From positions 27,888 through 91,887 of IMG/VR virus record IMGVR_UViG_2935124990_000001: a stretch of DNA of 64,000 nucleotides. One strand, given 5' to 3'. Of the stretch, positions 24,644 through 34,431 are shown piece by piece. This DNA is from a virus. Taxonomy: Duplodnaviria > Caudoviricetes. The notes beneath the pieces are model-generated. The model made no database searches. It was not told the DNA's origin and saw nothing but the letters and a program-made list of their open reading frames with translations. A program made the translations under genes and the position numbers. Each line of letters opens with the position of its first letter. Position 1 is the stretch's first letter.

Positions 24644-25540
24644 TCAGAGGGCGGTGTAGGCGTCGCGCCAGGTCAGGCGGAGCCGGGACGTGTTGGTGTT
24701 GTCGAAGCCGGTCCACCGGAATTCGCTGGGGCCGGGCGGCAGGGAGAACAGGTCGATACGGGAAGCAGGGCTGAGCAGAGTGGAGGCGTTGCCGCCGTTC
24801 TCCCGGGTCACGGTGCGGTAGCCGGGGCGGGTGTCGATCTCCACCCACTGGCCGGCAGTCAGGTTGAGGGTGGGCAGGTCGAGGCGGCGCCCGGACGTGG
24901 AGTGAATGACGCTGACGTTGGCGACCGGGCCGGTGATCCGGATGACGGGCCAGGCGTGCCCGGTCCCGTTGTTGTGGGCCCAGCCCGGCCGGTCGGCGGC
25001 CGTGGTCCCGGACTGCACGTAGATCGGGGCGACGATCGGGGCGGCGAACCCTCCGCCGGTGAGCCACCCGAGGGGGATCTCGGTGGTGGTCTCCTCGTCG
25101 GCGTAGAAACCCGGGTCGGTGGCGATGAACTCCAGGTCAAGGGGCACGTAGCCGTGAATGACCTGCTTGTACTCGGGCTCCTCCATGCGCAGCCGCCCAT
25201 TCAGGCGCTTCACAGGCCGACCCGGGCGCTTCAGGCGGAAGGGCATGGTGACGCCGCCGGCGAGCCGGACCGCAGGGTCGTCTGCGGCTGCCTGGAGGGC
25301 GGCCACCACGTCGTGGCAGGCGGCCGGGTCACCGGGGATACGGATTGCAGCGTCGATCTGCACCTGGCGGGCCGCGTAGTAGTCCGGGCCGGCGAACACT
25401 CCGTCCATGGACGGCTGGTCGACGTCGGCGTCGCGGACCGGCGGACGGCCGAGGCCGGTGGTCTCGATGACCTGGATGGGTGTTCCGGCGCCCATGAGGA
25501 CGCCGCCGAGTTCGTACTGCCAGTCCTCAAGCGGTGGCAC
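24644..25540 (-). CDS. Distal tail (Dit-like) protein
   Basis: Directly after tape measure; FIATDPGFY, WPVIRITGP, WRDAY. Confidence 0.8.
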   Translation of the reverse strand: MPPLEDWQYELGGVLMGAGTPIQVIETTGLGRPPVRDADVDQPSMDGVFAGPDYYAARQVQIDAAIRIPGDPAACHDVVAALQAAADDPAVRLAGGVTMPFRLKRPGRPVKRLNGRLRMEEPEYKQVIHGYVPLDLEFIATDPGFYADEETTTEIPLGWLTGGGFAAPIVAPIYVQSGTTAADRPGWAHNNGTGHAWPVIRITGPVANVSVIHSTSGRRLDLPTLNLTAGQWVEIDTRPGYRTVTRENGGNASTLLSPASRIDLFSLPPGPSEFRWTGFDNTNTSRLRLTWRDAYTAL

Positions 25541-28500
25541 GGGCGTTCACCCCTCCCCTGCGAGCCCGGCGGACCTGGCGCCCGACCTGGGAAGCGATGT
25601 CCGATGCCGTTGCCCCGGTGCGGACGGTACTGACGGTGACGTTGGTGTCGCCGCCCTCGCGGACGATGACGAGGGGGCGGCTGCCGGAGACGTCCGTGAG
25701 GCCGACCCCGAAGCGCGCGGCGACGTCGCGGAGGACGTTCGTGGCGGGGCCCCGCTTGTTCGCACCGAGGGGGATGTACGCCTCGCCGCCGCTGGCAGGC
25801 TCGGCGAACGTCACGGCGCCGCCGCGGGTGGAGTAGATGCCCTCCCGGATCCCGCCGTTCTCGTAAGACAACCCCTTGTTCGCCCGGGCGAGGTCGGCGA
25901 TGAACTTCGACGCCCTCGAGCCGAGGGAAGACTTGATCTGCGACTGGGCCTTGGTGGCGGTGGCGATGATGACGTCCTCGCCAAGCCCGGTGGTGTCAGC
26001 GACGTTGTGGATGCCGGTCTTGTTCGTCTTGATCGCCGCGATGATGGCAATGAGCTGGTCGACCTCGTCGTTCGTGAGGGCGGTGTTCGCCTTCTTCACT
26101 GCGGTGTTCGCACTGCCGGCCCTCTTGTTGTCCTTCACCGCGGCGGCGGCGAGCTGCTGTGCGGCGGTGTCGCCCTGGGCGGCGAGCTGTTTGGCGAGGT
26201 CCCCGTACCCGCGGGCCGCCAAAGTGGCAAGGTTCTTCGTGAACGCACTGTCGGCGCCGGTGGCCTTGTCGAGTTGCCGGGTGTAGTCCGTCAGCGACGC
26301 CTTCGCCGTTGCGGACAGGTTCCTGAGCGCGGCCGCCATCTCGTTGATGTACTTCGTCGACCCGTTCGCCATCTTCTTCGCGAGGGCCACACCGTCCTTG
26401 CCCATCGCAGCCAGGGCGTCAGCAACGTCACCACCGACCCGGTCGGCGACCTTCTCCAGGTCCGCGTTCCAGACCCGGGTGGCCTTGCTGTTGGCCTTGA
26501 GCTGCTTTTCGACCGCAGCCAGGGAGAAGTACTCGACGTCCTTATTGGTGACCTTCCCCTTCTTGCCCTTGACCTTGACCTTCTTGGTCTTGTGCCCGGC
26601 CTGCCCGGCGTCGGTCGGCGAGTACAGGGAGCCGCTGTTCGGGTCGTACCGCCAGTCGGTGACGTTGCCCTCGGCGTTCCACTGGATCGTGTTGGGATCG
26701 CCGCCGAGGCGCCGGACGATCTCCTCGGTGATGGCACGGGAGCGGGGGCGTTTCGACGGGGCGAACGGGACGTACCCCTCCCCCATCGTCTCGGGCTCGG
26801 CCCACACCCGCATGGCGCCGGCGGGGGCGATCTGCGCGATGTGGTTCTCGGACCCGGCGGCGAAGTGCTGGACGGCTCGGCCTCGGATCCCGCCGTTGGC
26901 GTAGGACGCGGCAACGATGCCGCCGTCGGCGTAGTGGCCGGCCTTTCCAGGCCGCTTGGCTTCCCCGGTGTTGATGACGACGTGCCGGGTGGTGACGGTG
27001 GCGGTGCGGCCGTCGAGGTCAGCAAGGCGGGCGGCGACGTTACCGATGCCGCTGATGGCAGCACCTGTTGCCGCGGTGACGGTGACCTTGCCGTTCGGGA
27101 GGCGCTTGACCTTGTACCCGAACGCTTTCAGGGCTTCCTCGCCAGCCTTGGACAGCGTCTTGAGGGTGACGGACTTCGCCCCGGGGGACGCCTTGACCTT
27201 GGCATTGAAGGCGTTGAGGTCTGCGGTGGCGTCCTCCGTCCGCATCTTGACCTTGAAGTCTTTGCTGTCCGGGATGTCCAGGAGGGTCTTGGCGAGGGCC
27301 TCGGCTTGGGGCCTGGTGAGTCCCATGGCCTGGCCGGCCTTGATGATGGCCTGTTCGCCGCGCTGGTAGATCCCGTTGACGTACTCCCAGGAGCGGCCCT
27401 GTTCCCGGGCGGAGGCTGCCGCTTCGTCGGTCTTCGCCCCGAGGTCCTGGAGCGCGGTGGCGGCGGCCTGTGCCTTCGGGGAGTTCAGGTCCAGCTCGCC
27501 GTTGATCATCCTGAGTGATCCGGCGTTCTTCTTCGCGGCCTTGTCGGCGGCGTCGATGGCCGCCTCGAAGCCGATCATCCCGCCCAACGCGGCCCGGTTG
27601 ACGTCGTTCAGCGCCTGGATCGCGCCGCGGAGTCCGTCCGCGCTGGCCTTCTGCGCGTCGAGCTTCGTCTTCACGTCCAGGGCCTGCTGCCCAAACAGGC
27701 CCATCCCGGCGACCGCGAGCTCCTGCTCGGCCGCCGCCGCGGCGACAGCTGCCTGGTAGTCGGGGAAGAGAGCGGCGATCTCCTTGGTGGAGTACCCGGC
27801 CTTCTTCGCGGCTGCCTCGATCGTGCTGAAGTCGGCGGCGGCCTGCTTGCCGTACCCGGACTGGACCATGCCCGCCATGGCCTGGTCGAGGCCCTTGAAG
27901 TCGTCCTCCAGGGCGGTGAGCGACTTCTCGCCCTTGGTGAGGTCCTGCCAGAGGTCGTTGGCACCACTGCGCAGGTCATCAAGCGGTTTGATGCCGGAGT
28001 TCCCGAACGACTTGACGTAGTCCTCGTTCTCCTTCGCGGCGTCGCCGAGTTCGCCGATCTTCTTCACGAGGCCGTCGACGTCACCAAAGGTGCTCTTCAG
28101 CTCGCCGGTGAACTTCCCGGTCTCGGCGAGCCGCTTGAGGCTGGTGGTGAGCCGGTCGATGTCCGGGGGTGCGCCGCGGGCGTTCTCTGCGAGCTTGGCG
28201 ACGCCGATCGCTGCGACGGTGAGGACTCCGAGGCCGATCGACGCCTTGGTCATGGCGGTCATGCTGGCGGCGGTGGCCCGCAGGGTGGTGCTGACGCCGG
28301 CGGCACGCATGATGGCGAAGTAGGCGCCGAGGCGGGCCACTGCGGCAGACCCGGTGACCGCGCCGAACGCGGCGGCGCCAAGGGTGATGAGCTTGAACCC
28401 GGCGTAGAGCTGCAGCAGTGTCGACAGGAAGCTGGTGGGGATCGCGTTGACGAGCTGGGCGAACACGTTGACGGCCGTGAGGACGCTGACGCCGACGTCG

Positions 28501-30059
28501 GACATGGCGACCAGCAGGGTGGTGACCGCCCGGGCGAGGTTCATGAGGGTGTCGCCGACCAGCGGCCCGTTCGCGCGGGCGTAGTCGAGGAACTCTCGCA
28601 GGTCTGCCCCGACCTCCCCGCTGTTGAGGGCGCGGGTGAAGTTGACCAGGTGGGTGGTGCCGCGGGCGAGGGACTCGGTGGCGAAGCGGGTGAAGCTGGC
28701 CATGAACCGGTCGAAGCCGGGGGTACTCATGCCGCCTGCGGCAACGTTGAGGAGGCGGTCGAGCTCCTTCGATGTGCCGCGGACCAGAGGGGACAGCTTC
28801 GGGAGCATCGCCCCGAACAGGCCCATGGACTTGGTGAGGACCGGCATGGTGTCGTTGGCGAGCGCGTCGGACCAGTCGGTGTAGTCCTCTTTCAGGACGG
28901 CGAACGCGGCAGCGGTCTCCCGGGCCGCTGGCGGCATCTCCTTGAGGACCCGCAGGTAGGCGGCCTCGGCCTCGACTGCCTGCTGGGATGCTTTGCCGTG
29001 CTCGTCGATCGCGTCCTGGTACTTCGTCTCCGCCTCTACTGCTTCGGTCAATGCGACGATCTGCCCGGCCACCGCGGCGCCGAACGCGCCGATGGCTACA
29101 CCGGAGGCGGTGAGGCCTGCGGCGATCGGGACGGTCGCGGCGGCGATCGGGATGAGCGCGGTGCCGAGGGCGACCGCGGCCACGATGAGGTTTTGGGTGT
29201 TGTCCGCGGCACCGTTCGTGGAGTTGCTGACCGTGCCGAGGCTGCCGTTGAGCCCGCCGAGGCGCCCGGTGACCCGGGTGAGGGTGCCGTCGAGGTCGTC
29301 CAGGTCGCCGCGCAGGGTTCGGGTGCTGCCGGACAGGTCGCCGATGTTGGTGTGTGCGGTGCGGGCACTGCTGCCAACGGAGCGGATCCCGGTTGCCGCA
29401 TGGCGGGCCCGGTCTCCGATCTCGTCCAAGGCGGCGGCCGCCGCGACGGCTCTTCCTCGGAGTGTGCGCAGTTCCCTGGAGAGATCGGCGGCGGCTTCCT
29501 CTGCTGCGCGGAGCGCTACTGCTGCTGCCGCACCCCGGGTGGCGAGGGCGCTGAGCGACCCTTCGGCCCGGCCGGCGTTGGTACGGAGGTCCCGTACGGC
29601 TGCGGCGGTCGCTGCGAGGCGGGCGGGGTCGCCGTCGAAGTCGACGCGGATCCGAACCGGGGACAGGGCTTGGATTTCTGCCAGTGCGGTCCGGAGTGAG
29701 GCGCGGGCGGCGGTGGTGTTGTCGTCGAGGCGGGCGGTGATGCGGATGTCGCGGACGGCCCGGTTGAGGTTGCGTTCGGCGTCGGCGGCGGCCCGGGCGA
29801 GGTCGCGGAGGTCTCGGGCCCCGTTCTGGGCTTGGCGGGCCATGCGCTGGAGGCGGCCGCGGGCGGCGTCGGAGGCGCGGCCGAGACCGGCGATGGCTCC
29901 CTGCGCGGTTCGGGAGGTGGTGCCGAGGCGGCGTACTTCCCGCTCGGCGTCGGAGGTGGCACGGGCGAGGGTGCGGGCGTGGCCGGCGTTGGCCCGCAGG
30001 GTTCTGGCCAGGCTGGTGCCCTGCCCGCGCAGGGACACGTCCAGATTCCAGTGGGCCAC
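25527..30059 (-). CDS. Tape measure protein (1510 aa)
   Basis: Longest ORF, Ala/Leu helical, hydrophobic middle, YADGG / WAEPE..GEGYVP motifs. Confidence 0.92.
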   Translation of the reverse strand: MAHWNLDVSLRGQGTSLARTLRANAGHARTLARATSDAEREVRRLGTTSRTAQGAIAGLGRASDAARGRLQRMARQAQNGARDLRDLARAAADAERNLNRAVRDIRITARLDDNTTAARASLRTALAEIQALSPVRIRVDFDGDPARLAATAAAVRDLRTNAGRAEGSLSALATRGAAAAVALRAAEEAAADLSRELRTLRGRAVAAAAALDEIGDRARHAATGIRSVGSSARTAHTNIGDLSGSTRTLRGDLDDLDGTLTRVTGRLGGLNGSLGTVSNSTNGAADNTQNLIVAAVALGTALIPIAAATVPIAAGLTASGVAIGAFGAAVAGQIVALTEAVEAETKYQDAIDEHGKASQQAVEAEAAYLRVLKEMPPAARETAAAFAVLKEDYTDWSDALANDTMPVLTKSMGLFGAMLPKLSPLVRGTSKELDRLLNVAAGGMSTPGFDRFMASFTRFATESLARGTTHLVNFTRALNSGEVGADLREFLDYARANGPLVGDTLMNLARAVTTLLVAMSDVGVSVLTAVNVFAQLVNAIPTSFLSTLLQLYAGFKLITLGAAAFGAVTGSAAVARLGAYFAIMRAAGVSTTLRATAASMTAMTKASIGLGVLTVAAIGVAKLAENARGAPPDIDRLTTSLKRLAETGKFTGELKSTFGDVDGLVKKIGELGDAAKENEDYVKSFGNSGIKPLDDLRSGANDLWQDLTKGEKSLTALEDDFKGLDQAMAGMVQSGYGKQAAADFSTIEAAAKKAGYSTKEIAALFPDYQAAVAAAAAEQELAVAGMGLFGQQALDVKTKLDAQKASADGLRGAIQALNDVNRAALGGMIGFEAAIDAADKAAKKNAGSLRMINGELDLNSPKAQAAATALQDLGAKTDEAAASAREQGRSWEYVNGIYQRGEQAIIKAGQAMGLTRPQAEALAKTLLDIPDSKDFKVKMRTEDATADLNAFNAKVKASPGAKSVTLKTLSKAGEEALKAFGYKVKRLPNGKVTVTAATGAAISGIGNVAARLADLDGRTATVTTRHVVINTGEAKRPGKAGHYADGGIVAASYANGGIRGRAVQHFAAGSENHIAQIAPAGAMRVWAEPETMGEGYVPFAPSKRPRSRAITEEIVRRLGGDPNTIQWNAEGNVTDWRYDPNSGSLYSPTDAGQAGHKTKKVKVKGKKGKVTNKDVEYFSLAAVEKQLKANSKATRVWNADLEKVADRVGGDVADALAAMGKDGVALAKKMANGSTKYINEMAAALRNLSATAKASLTDYTRQLDKATGADSAFTKNLATLAARGYGDLAKQLAAQGDTAAQQLAAAAVKDNKRAGSANTAVKKANTALTNDEVDQLIAIIAAIKTNKTGIHNVADTTGLGEDVIIATATKAQSQIKSSLGSRASKFIADLARANKGLSYENGGIREGIYSTRGGAVTFAEPASGGEAYIPLGANKRGPATNVLRDVAARFGVGLTDVSGSRPLVIVREGGDTNVTVSTVRTGATASDIASQVGRQVRRARRGGVNARATA

Positions 30060-30092
30060 CGGTCGCCCTCCTCTCCATTAGTGCGCGGTTGG

Positions 30093-30467
30093 TCAGGTCT
30101 TGAGTGCGTCGGCAACTTCCATCGCGGCAGCCACCGACGCGGGAAGCAGGACGACTTTCATGCCGGCCCCGGCCTGCCCGCCGGGGATGTCCTGCTGCAC
30201 GCGCTGGATCTCCTCGCAGCCGAAGCAGCGGCGGGCGGATGCGACGTAGGCGTAGGGGTCGCCGCCGAGGTCGGGGTCCCACTCGTCTTCGCGTGTCCCG
30301 CACGTGCAGACGGTCCGCAGGTACGCCTGGTAGGCCAGGGCCTTGGCCCGGTCGAGGGGAGTCCACGTGCCGGTGCCGACGCCCCGGAATTGGGAGTGGG
30401 GCATGCCGTGGTGGTGGCAGAGCTCCAGCTCGGCACGTAGCTGCTCATCCTCGATCAGCCTTTTCCC
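30093..30467 (-). CDS. Tail assembly chaperone, frameshifted (gpGT-like) C-terminal part
   Basis: -1 frame from GGGAAAA reads KRLIEDEQLRAELELCHHHGMPHSQFRG... Confidence 0.8.
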   Translation of the reverse strand, partial: GKRLIEDEQLRAELELCHHHGMPHSQFRGVGTGTWTPLDRAKALAYQAYLRTVCTCGTREDEWDPDLGGDPYAYVASARRCFGCEEIQRVQQDIPGGQAGAGMKVVLLPASVAAAMEVADALKT

Positions 30468-31003
30468 AGGTCCATGCGGTCCGCCTGCTGGACGCGGAGG
30501 GCGGCGGCGTAGAGGCGCTCGCCTTCGGCCTGCGACCAGTTGTCGAGGAACTCGGTGGCGTCCTCTTCGGTGAGCGGGTCCAGGGACGCGGCGGCGATGA
30601 GGACCGGGGCCATCGTGTCGGGGTTGTAGTCGTAGCCCTTCCCGGCCTGGTCCTCGGTCGGCGGGTGCGCGGCAAGGAGTTCCCTGAACTCGTTGCGGGG
30701 CAGCGCCTGGAAGCGCAGCTCGATGGACGCCTCGTCGAGTGCCGCCTGCGCGGACGCCAGATGGTCAGCGGCAGCCTTGGCGGCGGCCTGGGCGGTCTTG
30801 TCGCCCGGGTTCTTCTCCGCGGTCTCCTGGGCCTGCTCCTCCAGGAGCTGGGCGGTCGCGGCCGCCTTCTTGAGGTCGTCGTCGTCGCAGATCGTCAGGG
30901 TCACGGTGGGGCGGGTGCGGGCGCGGAGCTTGGCGCGCTTCGCTTCCCAGTGCGCGTCGGCGGCAACGGCTTCGGCCGGGGGTGCGGGCTTGCGTGCGGT
31001 CAT
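30455..31003 (-). CDS. Tail assembly chaperone (gpG-like)
   Basis: Between tail tube and tape measure; ends DLGKG. Confidence 0.82.
   Translation of the reverse strand: MTARKPAPPAEAVAADAHWEAKRAKLRARTRPTVTLTICDDDDLKKAAATAQLLEEQAQETAEKNPGDKTAQAAAKAAADHLASAQAALDEASIELRFQALPRNEFRELLAAHPPTEDQAGKGYDYNPDTMAPVLIAAASLDPLTEEDATEFLDNWSQAEGERLYAAALRVQQADRMDLGKG
30461..30467 (-). other. Programmed -1 frameshift slippery heptamer G GGA AAA
   Basis: XXXYYYZ in correct phase just before the chaperone stop codon. Confidence 0.85.
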
Positions 31004-31108
31004 GGGGTGGTTCCTCCGTCAGGGGAAGGGGGGCCCGGCCGGGCGCGCGTGCGGCGCCCCTTCCCAAGACACTGCTCGGGCCCGGCCGGGAGCTGAGGGG
31101 GTGGTGGA

Positions 31109-31591
31109 TCAGGGGCCGGCGGCGGGCACGGGGGCGCCCTGGACCGGCCGGGAGGTGATGGAGCAGGTGACGACGAACTTCGCGGCCTCGTTGTCCGCGG
31201 TGTACTGCGGGGACTGGGAGGCGACGCGGATCGGGAAGACGTCCATGCTCGCGTTCGCGGGTACGTCGCCCTTGCGGAGGATGACGACGTACCCGGTGGT
31301 GCCCTTGGCGAGCATCTCCTCGATGTCGGCGTCGACCTCGTCCTCGTAGAACGTGAAGCTGGAGGAGTCGGCCTTGTCGCTGCCGGGGATCGTCGAGTCG
31401 TAGGTGTCCGCCATGTCCGGCGTTTCGATCTCGTTGTTTGCGACGGTCCAGCCGTCCATCGATGCGATGAACTCGCTGAACTCCGTGCCGGCGGTGAGCT
31501 CGGTACGGGTCGGGATCATCGTTCCGGCGGCGATCGTCTCGAGGAAGTAGAACTTCGACGTTCCGCGCCGCATGTACTTCTTGACCGGCAT
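31109..31591 (-). CDS. Major tail (tube) protein
   Basis: PTRTELTAG..STIPG..GTTGYVVILR..DVFPI actinophage tail-tube pattern; synteny. Confidence 0.82.
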   Translation of the reverse strand: MPVKKYMRRGTSKFYFLETIAAGTMIPTRTELTAGTEFSEFIASMDGWTVANNEIETPDMADTYDSTIPGSDKADSSSFTFYEDEVDADIEEMLAKGTTGYVVILRKGDVPANASMDVFPIRVASQSPQYTADNEAAKFVVTCSITSRPVQGAPVPAAGP

Positions 31592-31659
31592 GAGTGGGCC
31601 CCTTGTCCCGGGGCCGCCTTTCAGGCTCGGGCCCCTTTTACACGTGGTGTGTGGGTGCG

Positions 31660-31689
31660 GCCACCTGCGTGGTGGCGTCCGCGTGGGGT
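31660..31689 (-). promoter_or_regulatory. Conserved leader RNA hairpin motif, copy 1 (before major tail gene)
   Basis: mRNA CGCGGAC-GCCACC-ACGCA-GGTGGC; 25/28 identical to 37915-37942. Confidence 0.65.
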
Positions 31690-31725
31690 CCCGCCGCGGT
31701 GCGGTGAAGCGTGCCTGACCAGAGG

Positions 31726-32175
31726 TCAGGTGGAGGTCAGGTCGAACCTGAACCGCTGTACGTAACTCATGATGGCATCGGCCGGGTCAGATGATCCCCC
31801 CGGTTCGGTGTCGAGGCTCCGCCCGATGACCTTGACGCCGGGCACGACGAGCGGGTGAAGCCAGAGCCCGGTTTCCGGGTCGCGGCCGAGGATGGCCCTA
31901 CGAACCTTGTCGGCCATCCACTCGACCTGGTCGGCGACACCGTGCGAGTCGGGCCGGTTCGGGTCGGGGCCGGAGATCGAAGTGACCTGGTAGACGAGGG
32001 TGATGTCCTCGTTGAGGTCGGTGAACGGCGCTCCGCTGGTCTGGGCGCTCACCGCCTGCAGCAGGTGGTACGGCGGGTTCGTGTTCACCGGCTTGCGGCC
32101 CCGGCCGACGGGGGTGTTGGTCGCGGAGGCCAGCAGCGCGGACAGGGCCATCGTGACGGGCAGACGGGCGATCAT
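31726..32175 (-). CDS. Tail terminator-like protein
   Basis: Synteny; YQVTSIS..QVEWMADKVR. Confidence 0.7.
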   Translation of the reverse strand: MIARLPVTMALSALLASATNTPVGRGRKPVNTNPPYHLLQAVSAQTSGAPFTDLNEDITLVYQVTSISGPDPNRPDSHGVADQVEWMADKVRRAILGRDPETGLWLHPLVVPGVKVIGRSLDTEPGGSSDPADAIMSYVQRFRFDLTST

Positions 32176-32351
32176 CCTGACTCCCCTTCAGTCAGCTCGC
32201 GGCCGTCCAGGGAGGCGTGCGTGACGACCCAGCCGACCGAACCGTCGTCGCCCTTTACCGGCCTGCTGCTCGGTCCGCACACGCAGTCGTTCTCTCCGCT
32301 GGTGTCGTGCTCTATGAGATCCCCGACCGGTGCCACGTGGACACTGCTCAA
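32172..32351 (-). CDS. Small actinophage neck-region protein (59 aa)
   Basis: Own translation MSSVHVAPVGDLIEHDTSGENDCVCGP...GWVVTHASLDGRE; TTGA/ATGA overlaps. Confidence 0.7.
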   Translation of the reverse strand: MSSVHVAPVGDLIEHDTSGENDCVCGPSSRPVKGDDGSVGWVVTHASLDGRELTEGESG

Positions 32352-32737
32352 CCCAGCACCTCCTCAACAGCTCCGAGCATCTGCTCACGCAGGACGGCCT
32401 CCATACGGGGAACGGCGGGCCCGACGTGCGGGTACGGCGGCTGGTAGAAGTGCCGGCCGATGCTATCGGTCATGTCCCAGAACCCGTACTCCAGGCGCCT
32501 GCCCTGTGGGGCGTTGGTGCCGATGGTGCACTGAGCCCCGTGCGGGATGCCCCGGCCGACGACCTCCCAGGACGACCGGTACTTGCCGGTGATGACGTTG
32601 GGGCCGGGGCGTCCGGTGGCGTTGGCACGGATCATGCCGCGTCCGAGTTCGGCGGTGTGGACGACGCGGCGGGCGACGGCGTCGCCGAGGTTGTCGGCGG
32701 CGGCGTCGAGACGGTCGGCCATTTCGTCGGGGGTCAT
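32348..32737 (-). CDS. HK97 gp10-like tail completion protein
   Basis: PNVITGKYRSSW..IGTNAP..RLEYG..PYPHVGPA. Confidence 0.8.
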   Translation of the reverse strand: MTPDEMADRLDAAADNLGDAVARRVVHTAELGRGMIRANATGRPGPNVITGKYRSSWEVVGRGIPHGAQCTIGTNAPQGRRLEYGFWDMTDSIGRHFYQPPYPHVGPAVPRMEAVLREQMLGAVEEVLG

Positions 32738-33195
32738 GGGCCGCCGCCGTTCACGCCGGACGGGATGGTGTTCTGGTCCAGCGGCGTTTTGCGGACAACC
32801 TCGACGGTGCTGGCCAGTCCGGGGCTGGCGCACAGCCAGCTCCTCCCGAGGAGCGACGTGCGAGCCGGGTCGTGGACCTGCACCACGGTGACGCTGGCAC
32901 CCTCCGGCGGGATCGGTGCCGGCAGCGGGGTGAGGAGAGTGAACTTGGCCCGGGTCTGCTGAGTCCACGGCGCCGCAGCTTCGGGCACGGAGATTCCCTC
33001 GGTTGTAGAGGCTCCTGTCACGACCGCGCCTGGCCCCTCGTAGAGGACGTCCCCGTCCGGGTACTCCAGCTCGCCAGTGCTGGTGTTCAGGACGGGCTCA
33101 CCGCCGCCGGGCCGCGTGACGCGAACGGTGTCGATGAGGAGGTTGGTGCCGATCCACCGGGTGACACCGGCGAGCGCACTGTCCAGCCCGGCCAT
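32734..33195 (-). CDS. Head-tail stopper (DUF6093-like)
   Basis: DTVRVTRP..TGEL..VLYEGPG. Confidence 0.72.
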   Translation of the reverse strand: MAGLDSALAGVTRWIGTNLLIDTVRVTRPGGGEPVLNTSTGELEYPDGDVLYEGPGAVVTGASTTEGISVPEAAAPWTQQTRAKFTLLTPLPAPIPPEGASVTVVQVHDPARTSLLGRSWLCASPGLASTVEVVRKTPLDQNTIPSGVNGGGP

Positions 33196-33578
33196 CAGGC
33201 GCCTGCCTTACCGAGGGCCATGTCGGCGAGCTGCATGAGCATGGCCCGGGTGAGTTCATGGGGTGTGCCGTCGAGGTCATCGCGGTTCAGGGCGGCGCGG
33301 CTGAGGGCGGCGGGGTCGATGTTGGCAAGGAACGCTGCGACGGCGTCGCCCGGGTCCTGCTGGTCGCCGACCGCAACGTGCGCAAGGCCGTCGAACTGGA
33401 CGCCGGTCTGGGGTGCGGCGTAGAGGACGAGGAGCGGTGCGGAGCCGAGGCGGGCCTCCAGGTTGAAGCCCTGGACGCTGCTGCTGACATCGGTTCCGTC
33501 GATCTCGACGCTGCCGGTGAGACCGTTGGAGGTGAGGCGGACCTGGTGCGGCCGGTCGGCCATGCTCGGGGCGGTCAC
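33195..33578 (-). CDS. Hypothetical protein
   Basis: GSVEIDGTDVSSSV motif; GTGA overlap. Confidence 0.65.
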   Translation of the reverse strand: MTAPSMADRPHQVRLTSNGLTGSVEIDGTDVSSSVQGFNLEARLGSAPLLVLYAAPQTGVQFDGLAHVAVGDQQDPGDAVAAFLANIDPAALSRAALNRDDLDGTPHELTRAMLMQLADMALGKAGA

Positions 33579-34060
33579 GGCTTGACCTCCGGGTCCTCGT
33601 TGAGGGGCACGGTTTGCAGGACGCATCGCTCGACTGTCACGGCCTCGTTGAGGCCCGGGTCCGCGAACCTCTGTCCGTCCTCGCCTCTGCAGAACTCGGT
33701 GTACCTGATCCGGTAGCCGCCCTCGTTGCCGTTCACCGCGCGTGAGTGCACGGTGATCGGTCCTGCTGCGGACACCCACTTCGGGTCGATGCCGTTCGCC
33801 TCTAGCCAGGCGCGAACGCGCCGCTTCTGCCCTTCGCTGAGCAGTTGGTTGACCTCCATGACGGTGACGACGCGGCGCTGCACAGGGTGGGGAACCGGCT
33901 TGAACTGGGGAGGGACGTGCACCGGCTGGTGGTGCATGAACGCGCCCTCGCCTTGCTGCGTCACAACGGTGACGACCGCTTCGGCGACACGGTCACCTTC
34001 CTCCATGCCGATGACGAGGCCGAGGTCGTCAAGCTGCGCGCCGATCTTCTGGTCGCTCAT
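33575..34060 (-). CDS. Hypothetical protein
   Basis: Translationally coupled; WLEANGIDP. Confidence 0.65.
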   Translation of the reverse strand: MSDQKIGAQLDDLGLVIGMEEGDRVAEAVVTVVTQQGEGAFMHHQPVHVPPQFKPVPHPVQRRVVTVMEVNQLLSEGQKRRVRAWLEANGIDPKWVSAAGPITVHSRAVNGNEGGYRIRYTEFCRGEDGQRFADPGLNEAVTVERCVLQTVPLNEDPEVKP

Positions 34061-34431
34061 GCGGCACTCTCCGTCAGCAGCGCGCCGTCATCGACGCGGA
34101 GCAGGTGCTGGACGAGGTGGTACTCGGCCCGGTGGCCACGGGTGCGCTCCGTGTCCTCGTCGGCTTCCGGCGGGCATCCACGCTCGGCTTCGAACGCCGA
34201 GCCCGGGCCGAGCAGCCGTTCCGGGAGAGTCAGCCAGGCGTAGTAGTCGGCGAAGGTCTTAGACTCAAGCGCCTTGCGGACCTTGACGAGGTAGATGTCC
34301 TGATGGTGCTCCGTCAGTTGCTCCCACGGCTCCCCCACGGGGCGGCCGGACTGGATGTGGAGGAAGGGGCGCATCGTCGCCTCGTACATGGCGCGGGCGG
34401 CCATGGTCAGAGTCTCAGCAGGGATCGTCAC
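34057..34431 (-). CDS. Hypothetical protein
   Basis: From VTIPAETL; GTGA overlap. Confidence 0.6.
   Translation of the reverse strand: MTIPAETLTMAARAMYEATMRPFLHIQSGRPVGEPWEQLTEHHQDIYLVKVRKALESKTFADYYAWLTLPERLLGPGSAFEAERGCPPEADEDTERTRGHRAEYHLVQHLLRVDDGALLTESAA

Noticed and set aside
25407-30366. Long alternative ORFs (703 aa on +, 761 aa on -) over the tape measure gene
   Set aside because: Typical stop-poor frames of high-GC DNA with no recognisable motifs
30093-31003. -1 frameshift in the tail chaperone as a novelty
   Set aside because: Well-known conserved feature of long-tailed phages; listed as a feature only
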